Positions 51,530 through 61,654 of a stretch of DNA of 64,000 bases are shown piece by piece; the first letter of the stretch is position 1; every line of letters starts with the position of its first letter. This DNA is from an uncultured Desulfosarcina sp. (GTDB lineage Bacteria; Desulfobacterota; Desulfobacteria; Desulfobacterales; Desulfosarcinaceae), in assembly GCA_963674945.2 (NCBI GenBank), contig CAXXWQ010000004.1:2400001-2464000 (forward strand), given 5' to 3'. The notes below the pieces were generated by a model, which had not been told where the DNA came from, made no database searches, and saw only the letters and a program-made list of their open reading frames with translations. The translations under genes and the position numbers were made by a program.

Positions 51530-52025
51530 GGTTCGGTATAAATCGATCATATTCCAGGAAGATGCCTATCTTTTGGAACTGGTGCGATATTTTCATCTCA
51601 ATCCTTTGCGCGCCGGCATAGTAGACGATTTTAAGACGCTGGTGAATTACTCATTCAGCGGCCACTGGTTGTTGGCAGGTGCCGGAGAGTGTTACTGGCA
51701 GGACGCCACCTATGTGCTTCGCCAATTCGGAAAAAGCGTCATCAGATCACGAAAAGGGTACCTTGCTTATATAAACGAAGGGATTGCCATGGGGCGTCGA
51801 CCCGAATTGGTTGGGGTGGATTGATCCGCAGTTTGGGTGGCTGGGCCGAGGTAAAAAAATGCGACGAAAAGGCCGGCAAAAATTGCGTCCGGATGCCCGC
51901 GGACTGTTCTGTTATTGGTGCGCCAGAGAGCTGGGCATCCCTCTGACGCAACTTGCAAGGAAACTCGAGATGACCGTTTCGGGCATCGGCTATGCCATCC
52001 AAAGAGATAAAGCCATCGCCATTAT
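51530..52025 (+). pseudogene. Degenerate REP-associated (RAYT/Y1) tyrosine transposase
   Basis: RYKSI...DAYLLELVRYFHLNPLRAG...YSFSGH and ARGLFCYW..RELG..L..LA in broken frames; no N-terminus. Confidence 0.75.
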
Positions 52026-54265
52026 CCACTCACAGGTTCAATCCGGCAGGGTACAAACCGATGCATGGGCGTACCCAGCAGATCCCTGTGCGTGTTTTTG
52101 GTAAGTTTGTTGACATTCAGTCCGTAAACCGTGTCACCATACTTTAAACCGAAACCGTGTGGAATCAGCACGGTGCCCTGTCGGATCCGGCGCGACACCT
52201 CGAGCTCGCCCACCTCGCTTCCTGCCGAAGTGGTGACCCTTATATGTTGGCCATCGGCAAGTTCCATTTCCTCTGCATCCAAAGGGTTCACGGCGACGGT
52301 GCAGGCCCGCTTGCCCTTGTTCCACTCCTGACCGCGGATCATGGTATTGATGTTATATCGCGTGTGTCTGCCGGCATTCAGGATCATGGGGAATTCTTCC
52401 GGCAGTTTCAGGTCGCGGGCTTCGTTTTCAGCATTCAGGTTTCTGGCCTCCTCTTCCAATTCCGGGACAAAAACTTCCACCTTGCCGGATGGTGTTTTAA
52501 TGGCTGTAAAGTTCTCCTCAGGATCCACTTCACCGATCCAGATTCCTTCGGGATGATCCAAAAGCGCCTGGAATATGCGGTCTCCCTGATCGATGCCGGG
52601 CGGGAAACCGATACGGGCGGCGTTTTTTCGAAACGCCTTGGGAGTGGTCATCAAAACCCCCCATAGTCCTGCCAGTGCGGCACTATCCCAATGTCTGCCC
52701 AGGGTTTTCGCCAGTACGAACGGCATGGCAGCCGGCGCCTCGGGACATGACGCCACCCATTCCATGAGTTTCGCGCCATAGGTCAACCGGTCTCCTTCGG
52801 CAGCCGCATATAACGCATCCGGAATTTTTGGGATCGACCCCAGTTTGTCCGCCATCAAGGTGAAAATCTGGCATGCTTCCAGGCATTTTCCCGGCGGGGA
52901 AACGATGGGCCGTCGCATTTGAAAAAAAACTTTTGGAAAGGTCCAGGGGAAAAAGGTTCCGTCCCAGGATTCATAATACGTTCGGCAAGGCAATACGTAA
53001 TGGGCCAGCCGGGCGGTTTCACTCATTACGATGTCATTGACCACCAGCAGATCCAGTTTTGAAAAGGCCTCTTCATAGGCAGTGGTGTCAGGGTAGGACC
53101 GTAAGGGGTTGCAGGCGCTCACATACACGGCCCGTAGCCGTTTCGGGTGGTCGTTTACGATTTCTTCCGGCATGACGGCTGGCGGGAAAGAACCGGCAGA
53201 TGCCGGCGGCATATGGGTAACAACCGTCTTCCAGACATTGGGATCCCGCTCATCGGCGTGATATCCCATGGGCACCACCATTCCGGGGATGACATTGCCG
53301 CCGGGCACGCAGAAAACACCGCAGATCGCGCCGAGAATATTCATCATATAGGAATTCATCACACTTTTTCGCCCCATATAGATCCCGAGATCCGGATGAA
53401 CGCACCATCTTTTGGTGGTCATGAGGCGGCATAATTCAAGCACCTGATCATATTCAAGCTCGCAAACCGCGATGGCGGCTTTGGCATCGAAGTTTTCAAA
53501 CCAGGGACGAATGGTATCCCAGCCATCCACATGCGCGGTGATGTATTTCGTATTTTCCCATCCATTGTCGATAATGAGAGAGATCATGGCCTTGATGAAA
53601 AGCGCATCCGTGCCGGGCCGGATGGGAAGGTGGATATTGGCGATGGCAGCGGTTTCGCTTTTTCGCGGATCGATGATGACGAGCAATTTATCCGGGTTTT
53701 CTGAAAATTCTTTCAAGACCCTGGGCGCCTGGGGCATCTGGTGGCTTTCCATGCCGTTCCAGCCCCAGCCGACAAGCATTTCACTGCCATGTTCATCCGG
53801 TCCTGCCACATTGTACTGTTTGCCCAGCATGCGGCCAAACAGCCACCAGGCGCTGGAAAATTCCTGGCCGCCGGAATTGTAAAAGTACTGGGATCCCAAA
53901 GCGCGCAGGATCGAAAGGCCGAATGCGCCTTCAAAATGACCGCCCTGGGCGCTGGCGCCCATATAAGCGATTGAACGGGGGCCGTGGGTCCCGACAATGT
54001 CCTTCATTCTGGCGGTAACTTCATCGATGGCCCGTTCCCATGATATGGGTTCAAATTTCTCTCCCACCCGTTTTACGGGTTCCGTGATGCGATCTTTCGG
54101 GTATTGGTGATAAATCACATTCAAACCCTTGCGACAGGCATACCCCTGGCTTCTCGCGTTTGATCTGTCCGGTCTGACGTTTACCATGCGGCCGTTTTCC
54201 ACCAAAACTTCCAGACCGCAATTCTGCGCGCATAGAACACAGCCTGTTTTGTGCCAAGCCCCCAT
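52022..54265 (-). CDS. Molybdopterin-dependent oxidoreductase, catalytic subunit
   Basis: CVLCAQNC...C FeS motif, IDPRKSETA, PIRPGTD, MSETARLAHYVLP. Confidence 0.93.
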   Translation of the reverse strand: MGAWHKTGCVLCAQNCGLEVLVENGRMVNVRPDRSNARSQGYACRKGLNVIYHQYPKDRITEPVKRVGEKFEPISWERAIDEVTARMKDIVGTHGPRSIAYMGASAQGGHFEGAFGLSILRALGSQYFYNSGGQEFSSAWWLFGRMLGKQYNVAGPDEHGSEMLVGWGWNGMESHQMPQAPRVLKEFSENPDKLLVIIDPRKSETAAIANIHLPIRPGTDALFIKAMISLIIDNGWENTKYITAHVDGWDTIRPWFENFDAKAAIAVCELEYDQVLELCRLMTTKRWCVHPDLGIYMGRKSVMNSYMMNILGAICGVFCVPGGNVIPGMVVPMGYHADERDPNVWKTVVTHMPPASAGSFPPAVMPEEIVNDHPKRLRAVYVSACNPLRSYPDTTAYEEAFSKLDLLVVNDIVMSETARLAHYVLPCRTYYESWDGTFFPWTFPKVFFQMRRPIVSPPGKCLEACQIFTLMADKLGSIPKIPDALYAAAEGDRLTYGAKLMEWVASCPEAPAAMPFVLAKTLGRHWDSAALAGLWGVLMTTPKAFRKNAARIGFPPGIDQGDRIFQALLDHPEGIWIGEVDPEENFTAIKTPSGKVEVFVPELEEEARNLNAENEARDLKLPEEFPMILNAGRHTRYNINTMIRGQEWNKGKRACTVAVNPLDAEEMELADGQHIRVTTSAGSEVGELEVSRRIRQGTVLIPHGFGLKYGDTVYGLNVNKLTKNTHRDLLGTPMHRFVPCRIEPVSG

Positions 54266-54534
54266 TCTATCCTCCCGGGACAAGGCGCTTATGGGCAAGC
54301 GTTGAACCGCTTGCCGCATTTCTTGCCGTCCCTATAAGTACTATGGACCACATACAATTTGCATTTGGCAATCATATATCATAGGCTCGCCTCGAATGCT
54401 GCCCGAATCTTCAGCCCTTTCCTTCGAGGAGACCGGCCGTGGAACCTTCCCGTATGCAACCGGCTTCCAGTGATCCGGGATCGAATCGATCAACCTCATG
54501 GCGCAATCATACAAAATCTGCGGGATGGTAAGAA

Positions 54535-55869
54535 ATGAAAACCGACCGGTCCAATGAAACGCCAACCATGGCCGCAGGACTGTTTATATGGAGTTTTGGT
54601 GCGCTTTTTTACCTGATCGGTTTCTTTCACAGGGTAGCGCCAGCGGTGATCACCGCTGAATTGATGCAGGCGTTTCAAATCAATGCGTCTGCATTGGGCA
54701 ACCTTTCCGCATTCTATTTTTACAGTTATGTGGCGATGCAGATACCTACCGGCATTCTGGCAGACCGTTGGGGACCTCGCCGATTGCTTACCGCGGGTGC
54801 GGTGATCGCATCCATTGGCGCCGTGATGTTCGGATGGGCGCCCGATATCCGCCTGGCTGGCGCGGGCAGATTTCTTATCGGCGGTTCGGTTGCGGTTGCC
54901 TTTGTTGCACTGCTTAAGGTGACGACTTGCTGGTTTGCCCCGAACCGTTTTGCGCTGGTCTCGGGATTGGCACTTTTTTTCGGGATCGTCGGGGCGGTTT
55001 TTGCCGGAACGCCGCTACGCATACTCGTTGACAACTTCGGATGGCGCAGCGCGATGCTTTTCTCAGCTGCCGCCACATTGATTGTCGGGATTGGAACATG
55101 GTCGTTTGTCAGGGACTATCCCCATGAAAACGGTTACCGGAATTTTGCGAACACCTTTTCAGCAGCAGATGGAAAGGCGAACCACCATATCATTGCAGGA
55201 CTGTTGGCGGTGTTTTCTTACCGGAACACATGGCTCCTTTTTTTTATTCCCGGCGGTATGGTCGGTTGTGTGCTCACCTTTTCGGGCTTATGGGGTGTGC
55301 CATTTCTGACAACGGTGTATGGGCTGTCACCGGTGTTTTCCTCCGCACTTACCTCGTCTTTGCTGGTCGCCTGGGCATTGGGCGGGCCATTTTTTGGATG
55401 GCTCTCCGATCGACTGCAAAACAGAAAACGACTGTACATATTGGGATGCGGCATTTCCGTCACCGGGTGGATTGTGATCGCCCTGACCGAGAGTGTCCCG
55501 CTGAGTATTCTTGTGCCGGTTTTGCTGATCACCGGTTTTGCATCGGGAAGCATGATCGTCAGCTTTGTATTCGTCAAAGAATCGGTGCCCCTTCGCCTCT
55601 CGGGTACGGTTTCCGGGGTCATCAACATGGGTGTGATGACGGGTCCCATGATTTTGCAGCCGGCGGTGGGGTTGGTATTGGATCGCATGTGGAAGGGAGA
55701 TCTTTCTGAAGGCGTTCGTATGTACGATGCGGCGGCCTATCATAGCGGCTTTTCGATTATGCTGGCATGGATCGTGATTTCATTCATTTTATTGTTTTTC
55801 ACCCGCGAGACAAATTGCCAGCAGATGGTCGAACGAGAGAATAAAGAGAAATCTTTGCCGGCCGCATGA
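54535..55869 (+). CDS. MFS transporter
   Basis: GILADRWGPRR motif A; about 12 TM helices. Confidence 0.93.
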   Translation: MKTDRSNETPTMAAGLFIWSFGALFYLIGFFHRVAPAVITAELMQAFQINASALGNLSAFYFYSYVAMQIPTGILADRWGPRRLLTAGAVIASIGAVMFGWAPDIRLAGAGRFLIGGSVAVAFVALLKVTTCWFAPNRFALVSGLALFFGIVGAVFAGTPLRILVDNFGWRSAMLFSAAATLIVGIGTWSFVRDYPHENGYRNFANTFSAADGKANHHIIAGLLAVFSYRNTWLLFFIPGGMVGCVLTFSGLWGVPFLTTVYGLSPVFSSALTSSLLVAWALGGPFFGWLSDRLQNRKRLYILGCGISVTGWIVIALTESVPLSILVPVLLITGFASGSMIVSFVFVKESVPLRLSGTVSGVINMGVMTGPMILQPAVGLVLDRMWKGDLSEGVRMYDAAAYHSGFSIMLAWIVISFILLFFTRETNCQQMVERENKEKSLPAA

Positions 55870-55916
55870 TGTCGGGAATGGGCATTGAAACCAGTGCGGT
55901 CATCAAGGGGGAAGCG

Positions 55917-56693
55917 ATGATGTCTTTGATCGACAGCCATGTTCATCTGGACCACATTCTTGCAGGTCAATCCGGCCGTATCGACTGGCTTCGGGCCCAC
56001 CATTGTGCCGTGGTTTCCTGGGCCTGGTGCCGGGAACCCGAATCCGTGAAGGATCTGCGCGACTATCTTGGACAAAAACAGAGGACCATCCATGCGCTTC
56101 ACCGGCAGGGGCTCTCCTGTTGCTATCTTGCCGGTATCCACCCCCGTAACATCACCCATGACCTGACTGCCGAAGCGGTCGTCGACCTGGTGGCCCCCCA
56201 CCTGGAAGATCCGCTGTGCCGGGGCATCGGTGAAATCGGGCTGGAGTACGGAAGCGCGCGTGAGACCGAGATCCTTGCGGCCCATCTTTCTCTGGCGGCA
56301 GACGTGCGCGCGGCGGGGAAAAAAATCGGGATTCACACGCCGCGCGGCAACAAGGTCGCCGTAACCGAAACCCTGTTGGCGTTTTTGGCAACCGTGCCCG
56401 AAATCAAGCCCCTGTCGGTGATCGATCATTGCAGTGCAACGACCCTGCCGCCTGTATTGGCGGGAGGGTATCGGGCAGGCATCACCCTGAGCCCCATTAA
56501 GACCGATTGGCGGACATTGCCTGTCCTGACGGAGCGCCATGGAAAAGATCTGGATCGGATCATGTGCAATACGGATTCAGGGACACGATTTTATGAGGAC
56601 CTGGTAACAGCCAGTCGCGAGGCTCGAATCGAGCCCCATGCCGCCAGGCAGATTTTTCATGACAATGCGGCTCTATTTTTTGGTATGAAGTAA
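55917..56693 (+). CDS. TatD-family metal-dependent hydrolase
   Basis: IDSHVH, GIHP, IGEIGL, IHTP, IDH, NTD. Confidence 0.88.
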   Translation: MMSLIDSHVHLDHILAGQSGRIDWLRAHHCAVVSWAWCREPESVKDLRDYLGQKQRTIHALHRQGLSCCYLAGIHPRNITHDLTAEAVVDLVAPHLEDPLCRGIGEIGLEYGSARETEILAAHLSLAADVRAAGKKIGIHTPRGNKVAVTETLLAFLATVPEIKPLSVIDHCSATTLPPVLAGGYRAGITLSPIKTDWRTLPVLTERHGKDLDRIMCNTDSGTRFYEDLVTASREARIEPHAARQIFHDNAALFFGMK

Positions 56694-56731
56694 GCAGCAG
56701 TCCCACACAGTGATATGCGTATACACCCAAG

Positions 56732-56765
56732 AAAAAAAAGGCAGAGCCCCGTTAGAGGCTCTGCC
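56732..56765 (-). terminator. Rho-independent terminator
   Basis: GGCAGAGCC-N8-GGCTCTGCC followed by T8 on the minus strand. Confidence 0.8.
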
Positions 56766-56834
56766 GTTCACCGCCATTTCGGCGGACAAGATATCTTTCT
56801 CTATTGGTACGAAGCTCTGCCGTTTCTCATGCCC

Positions 56835-56927
56835 TCAGATCCTGCAATTGGCTTGTGATGACCGGCCGGCGATGCATCTGTTGATATAGTAACCCAGCGT
56901 AACCAGTGTTATCATCGTTCCTACCAT
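56835..56927 (-). CDS. 30-aa small protein with a hydrophobic N-terminus
   Basis: MVGTMITLVTLGYYINRCIAGRSSQANCRI; SD GGAAGG. Confidence 0.4.
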   Translation of the reverse strand: MVGTMITLVTLGYYINRCIAGRSSQANCRI

Positions 56928-56945
56928 AGGGCACCTTCCTTTCGG

Positions 56946-57080
56946 TTATCCCGCGACATCGATCCCTGGATCGCATCCCAGATGTTCATCTTTGTTTTCA
57001 CACTCGAAGTTTCTCTCGCGGGTATCAACGTGTCCTTCATTCCTGTCGTCAAAGTAGTCCTGCGTTCTATTATCGGCCAT
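56946..57080 (-). CDS. 44-aa acidic peptide
   Basis: MADNRTQDYFDDRNEGHVDTRERNFECENKDEHLGCDPGIDVAG; SD GAGGTG. Confidence 0.55.
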   Translation of the reverse strand: MADNRTQDYFDDRNEGHVDTRERNFECENKDEHLGCDPGIDVAG

Positions 57081-57473
57081 GATGTCACCTCTCTGGTTGA
57101 TTGTTCTGTCGTTGTTTGTCCTGCTTGCTCAAAAGATACGGCAGCAACGGGATTGCGCAATGTGAGCCGGTTGGGTGCCGGTTGATAGGCAGGAACTACC
57201 AATCGATCGGCAAACGCTTGTTGCCTGGGCGCAGAAAGGACGTTTCAGGGATTCTTACGATAATACTGCTGTCCGGTTTTTCCAAATCGGTCCGGCCCCG
57301 CTTTCCAGAAGGATTTCGGAAAGCAGGGCCGGTATGGAACCCCTGCCAAGGGTTACCATGCAAGGGTAGGGAGATGAGAGTCAACGGCCACCCATGGAAA
57401 ACCGGCATGGCTTGCGGGAAAAATGGATAAGGCCCATCCAGAGACCAGATATACGTTTTTCGACCGTCGATCG

Positions 57474-58922
57474 TTATGATGGGGGCCAGCTTCGGATCAC
57501 CTGGTTGTTGCTGTCGCTGATGGTGATGGAAACGCCGTGATCGCCGTCCAGGCGATGGGTTGCACAGCTGACTCACGGGTCGTAGGCGCGCACCGACATC
57601 TCGATCTTGTTGAGGATCCCCTCGTCCACATGGCCGTTTTGGATCAGGCTGCGGGCCGCCTGATCCACACTCATGTTAATGGGGCCCAGGTTGTGGGTGG
57701 TACCGACGATCATGTTGGCCCGGGTGATCAGTCCATTCTCGTCCGTGGAATAGTCGTGAATCAGCGTTCCCCGGGGTGCCTCCACACAACCGACCCCACG
57801 ACCGGCACCGGGCCGGACATCGGACCGAACCTCGGGATCGGTGATCTGCGGATCGTGTAACAGTGCGATGGCATGTTCGCAGGCATATACCTCTTCGATG
57901 AGCCGTGCCCAGTGATACAGCAGGGTTGCCTGTGCCGGCCGTCCGAATTTTTCTCGGAACTCTTCCAGCTCCGCCTGGGCCCTGGGCGTTGTCATCTTGT
58001 CCGCCACGTTGAGGCGGGCGAGGCAGTTGGCCCGGTAAATGCCCTTTGGGTCGGCAAGGTCCAGCGAAAATCCTTCGTTCCAGCTTTTCGCATAGGGAAA
58101 CTTACCGTAAGACCAGTCGACCACCTGTTCGCTGATGTAATCGGTGTAGTCCTGGACCTCGAAATCGGTAAAGCTGCCGTCGGATTTCATCAGCCGGAGT
58201 TTGCCGTCATACAGGTTCAGCGCGCCGTCGCCATCCACGGTACCCAGGAAACCGGTGGTGATCACCCCCAGGGTCTGGACGGTTTCCAGATACGGGGGGA
58301 AGACCTGGGTTTTGGCAAAATCCATGGTGTACAGGGCAAAATCCAGGATCTCCTGCATGTCGGCCAGCATCTGCTTCCGGTCCTCTTCCAGCATGGGCTT
58401 GGCAAAGCCGCCGGTCACACCGGCCACCGGGTGGATCGCTTTACCGGCAAACTTCTCCAGCATCATCTTGGCCTTGAACCGCATCCGGACGACTTTTTGC
58501 GCCAGTTCCGGATTCGCCCTGGCCACGCCGATGACGTTGCGGACGGCATAGTCGGCATCCGGGCCCATAACGAAATCAGCCGCCGCCAGAAAGAAGAAAT
58601 GCAGCAGCTTGTCCTCGGCATGGGCGATGGTCTGCATCAGCTCGCGCAATTTCTGACCGGCCGGCGGTACGGTGGCGTTGAAACAGCCATCCACGGCCTT
58701 GTTGGCGGCCAGGTGGTGGTGCCATGGACAGATTCCGCAGATACGGTTGACGATCCGGGGCAACTCTTCTGCGGGCTTGCCTTCCACGAATTTCTCAAAG
58801 CCGCGCATGGACTGAAAGTGAACCTTGGCATCGGCAACGTTACCGCCGTCGTCCAGCTGGATGGCGATGGAGGCATGCCCCTCGATCCGGGTGAGTGGCG
58901 CGATGTTGATGGTTCTTGCCAT
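57474..58922 (-). CDS. mvhA: [NiFeSe] Mvh-type hydrogenase large subunit (Sec at TGA 57573-57575)
   Basis: RICGIC; readthrough gives DP-U-VSCATH plus a C-terminal extension ending at TAA 57474; SECIS present. Confidence 0.92.
57540..57556 (-). promoter_or_regulatory. SECIS hairpin of mvhA
   Basis: ATCGCC-TGGAC-GGCGAT, 16 nt after UGA. Confidence 0.8.
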
Positions 58923-59861
58923 TTAACGTGTCTCCTTGGTACCCGTTTGGGGCCTGAGCAGTTGATGCGCGCCGGAAAAGCGCAGCAGGGAAGTACTCTC
59001 CGGAAGCGACTGGATATCGATTCCGTTGGACGCCAGGGCATTGAGCATGTCCAGGCGCTGGTTGCCGTTTTGGCGTACCGGTCCGTAGCATCCCCGGCAG
59101 GGCACACGGGCGGATATACAGCGCGGGTTGACCCCATCGCCCCCGCAACCGGCCCGGGTCACCGGTCCCATGCACAGGATGCCCTGCTCCAACAGGCAGC
59201 GCATGCGATCGATGGGTTCGCCGGGGGTGAATTTCGGCTTTTGCAGGAACCGACGCAATTGTGCAAGCCGGCCCTTGCCTTCCCGGATGGTGGGGCAGGT
59301 GTCGCAGACGCTCTTCCCCCTGAGCGCGGGCGCCTTTCCCTCGAGCAAGGCGGCCAGGGCACCGAAGATCTGGTCGGAATGGGGCGGACAACCGGGAAGA
59401 TAGACATCCACCTTGATTTTTTCGTCCAGGGCGTAGGCCGAATCCAACAGCGGCGGAATGCCGTCCGATGGCAGTCGCTGCGCCGGCGTGGTGGATTCGG
59501 TTGCGTAATAGCGATCCAGCAGTTCGACGTTGGTGTAACTGTTGGACAAAGCCGGAATGCCACCGTGGGTGGCACAGGTACCAAGGGCAATAATCAGTTT
59601 GCATTGCTCTCGCATCCTGGTGGCGATTTCCAGGTGTTCCTCATTGCGAATGCCGCCGCTGATAATGCCCACATCGGCTTCGGGGATGGCCACATGCTGT
59701 CCATCACCGGTCTGTCCATAATATTTGTGGTCCATGAGCACCGGAATGTGGACGAAATCCACCAGGTCGAGCACATCCAGAAGGCGCTCGCCCATGTCAA
59801 CGATGGAGATTTCACATCCCGAACAGCTGTTGAGCCATTCACTTGCTACTTTTACAGTCAT
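58923..59861 (-). CDS. mvhG: Mvh hydrogenase small subunit
   Basis: CSGC, GTCATHGG, PGCPP, CMGPVTRAGC, PCRGCYG. Confidence 0.92.
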   Translation of the reverse strand: MTVKVASEWLNSCSGCEISIVDMGERLLDVLDLVDFVHIPVLMDHKYYGQTGDGQHVAIPEADVGIISGGIRNEEHLEIATRMREQCKLIIALGTCATHGGIPALSNSYTNVELLDRYYATESTTPAQRLPSDGIPPLLDSAYALDEKIKVDVYLPGCPPHSDQIFGALAALLEGKAPALRGKSVCDTCPTIREGKGRLAQLRRFLQKPKFTPGEPIDRMRCLLEQGILCMGPVTRAGCGGDGVNPRCISARVPCRGCYGPVRQNGNQRLDMLNALASNGIDIQSLPESTSLLRFSGAHQLLRPQTGTKETR

Positions 59862-59877
59862 TGGTTTTCCTCATCAT

Positions 59878-60030
59878 TGACGGCTTCGTAAAAAGTCCGA
59901 TATCGGCGTTACGCTTCATCCTTCGTCACTGCGACGTATCCTAAATACGCCTCATTCCTCAGGATTCGCAAGCCTTGATCTCGGGCTTTTTACGAAGCCG
60001 TCTGAACAGCGACTTTTTACGAGTTCATCA
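59878..60030. repeat. MITE/REP-like palindromic element (153 bp)
   Basis: TGACGGCTTCGTAAAAAG ... CTTTTTACGAAGCCGTC ... CTTTTTACGAGTTCATCA, flanked by TCAT direct repeats. Confidence 0.8.
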
Positions 60031-60065
60031 TCATTGGATGGTGCTACCGGGGTCCAGGTCAGCGT

Positions 60066-61181
60066 TCAGCTCACTACCGTGACACCGGTCTTTCCGTTTT
60101 CCCGACGATACTGACGGGCCATTTTCTTTTTGCGGGCCGACCAGCCGCGCACCATACGCAGGGCATGGCTGGCAAAATTCTCATCCTCGTCGTGGGTCAT
60201 TTCCTCGATGGTATTGCCCTTGGCGTCGGCGAATGCCGCCCGGCCCAGCGGAGTGCGGATGATCGTCGTGGTCCAGCCTTCCCGGGCGCCGATACCGCCG
60301 AATGAGATGTCGGCGAACTCGGCCGAGTAATCGCCACAGTACCGGCAGCCCACCCGCTTCATGAAATCGAGGTCTTCCAGCGGGATATTGATGATATCCC
60401 CGTCTTTCAGGTGCACCTGGAAGTGCTCTTTGACGTTGAGGCGCAACACCTTTTCCCAATCAAACCGATGGTCCGCGGCCAGTTTTTCCCGTTCCTTGTC
60501 ACCGAAGACGAAATTGCCCGAGCAGAACAGGCCGAAGCAAAACTTGATGGAGTCGGCAGGAACGATCTCCATGGCTTCCATGCGCCGGAATGCCTTGATC
60601 TGGCAGGGCATGCCCACCAGCGCCACACGATTGAGGCCTTTGCGTACCATGGGGGCGAACTCCTCGATGGAAGAGTAGGTCAAATAGGCATCGCTGAACC
60701 GTTTCATTCCGTGGGAGGTGTCAAAGTAAAATCCGGCAGCGTTGCGAATCTCCTCGGCGCTGGTGGCCAGACAGGGTTGACGCTGGAATGGTCCGGCCGG
60801 TTTGGTGACGATCGCGCCATCGATGCGGCCGGTTTCAAAAAGGTGTAGGAGCAGGGCCGTGACAACGCCGCCATCCGTGGCCGATTCCCGCACCGCAGGA
60901 TCCATGGCCCGGGCGATCGTGGTTTCGATGACGCGCCCCATGGGGGCGCTCCAGGCGGCGCGCTGCTTGGTGACCGCCTCCAGTTCGTCGATCTCCGGAC
61001 AGATGCTGTAGCAGAGCCCGCACTCGATGCATTTTTCGATATCACCGTAACGGGGCTTTCCGTCCGGGTCCAGTTCCAGGGCGCCGTAATTCACCGCGTT
61101 GCAAAAGGTCACGCACCCACCACAGCGGTGACATCGACCGGGTTTCTGAACCTCTTGGATCAGGTTGAAAAATGTCTCCAT
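60066..61181 (-). CDS. FrhB/FdhB-family protein with an N-terminal ferredoxin
   Basis: CHRCGGC, CIECGLC, DGGVVTALL, VGMPCQ, GLFC, ADISFG. Confidence 0.9.
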   Translation of the reverse strand: METFFNLIQEVQKPGRCHRCGGCVTFCNAVNYGALELDPDGKPRYGDIEKCIECGLCYSICPEIDELEAVTKQRAAWSAPMGRVIETTIARAMDPAVRESATDGGVVTALLLHLFETGRIDGAIVTKPAGPFQRQPCLATSAEEIRNAAGFYFDTSHGMKRFSDAYLTYSSIEEFAPMVRKGLNRVALVGMPCQIKAFRRMEAMEIVPADSIKFCFGLFCSGNFVFGDKEREKLAADHRFDWEKVLRLNVKEHFQVHLKDGDIINIPLEDLDFMKRVGCRYCGDYSAEFADISFGGIGAREGWTTTIIRTPLGRAAFADAKGNTIEEMTHDEDENFASHALRMVRGWSARKKKMARQYRRENGKTGVTVVS

Positions 61182-61189
61182 GGTATCTC

Positions 61190-61621
61190 CTAACCGACCG
61201 CCGCGACGGGTCGCCGTGCCGGATTTGGACCCAGTTCGCGAATCGCCTCGGTAAACCGGGTCACCACTTCTGCAAAACGGGGTGCTTCGGCCGACGACAC
61301 CCATTCCAGGGCGAACCGCCGGGGATCGATGCCGTTGTCCGCCAGGACGATGTTGATGACGTCGGCTCTTGCCTTGGCGATGTGATTACCTTCCAGGTAA
61401 TGGCATTCTCCCAGGTGTCATCCCATGACGATGACGCCGTCGGCCCCCTTGGAGATCGTCTCCACCACCAGATCGGGCGACACCATGCCGGAGCACATGA
61501 CCCGGATGGGACGCATGTTGGGCGGATATTGAAGACGTGACACGCCGGCCAGGTCACCGCCGGCATAGGCGCACCAGTTGCATAGAAAACCGATAATCAG
61601 GGGTTCGAAAGTTTGGGACAT
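61190..61621 (-). CDS. mvhD: MvhD [2Fe-2S] subunit, selenoprotein (TGA 61418-61420)
   Basis: CNWCAY, RVMCSG; readthrough gives G-U-HLGECHY.EGN...EWVSSAEAPRF to TAG 61190. Confidence 0.93.
61385..61401 (-). promoter_or_regulatory. SECIS hairpin of mvhD
   Basis: ATTACC-TGGAA-GGTAAT, 16 nt after UGA. Confidence 0.8.
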
Positions 61622-61654
61622 GGCGATACGCTCCGTCGTTGGACTCTGTAAAAA

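Noticed and set aside
56835..56837. Possible Sec readthrough of the 30-aa ORF's TGA
   Set aside because: No UGGA-loop hairpin at +16 like the two clear SECIS elements.
57196..57576. 126-aa ORF after mvhA, and the 61261-61566 ORF
   Set aside because: Off-frame artefacts; Sec readthrough explains both regions.
57873..59891. 672-aa plus-strand ORF
   Set aside because: Antisense shadow of the GC-rich mvhA/mvhG genes; no motifs of its own.
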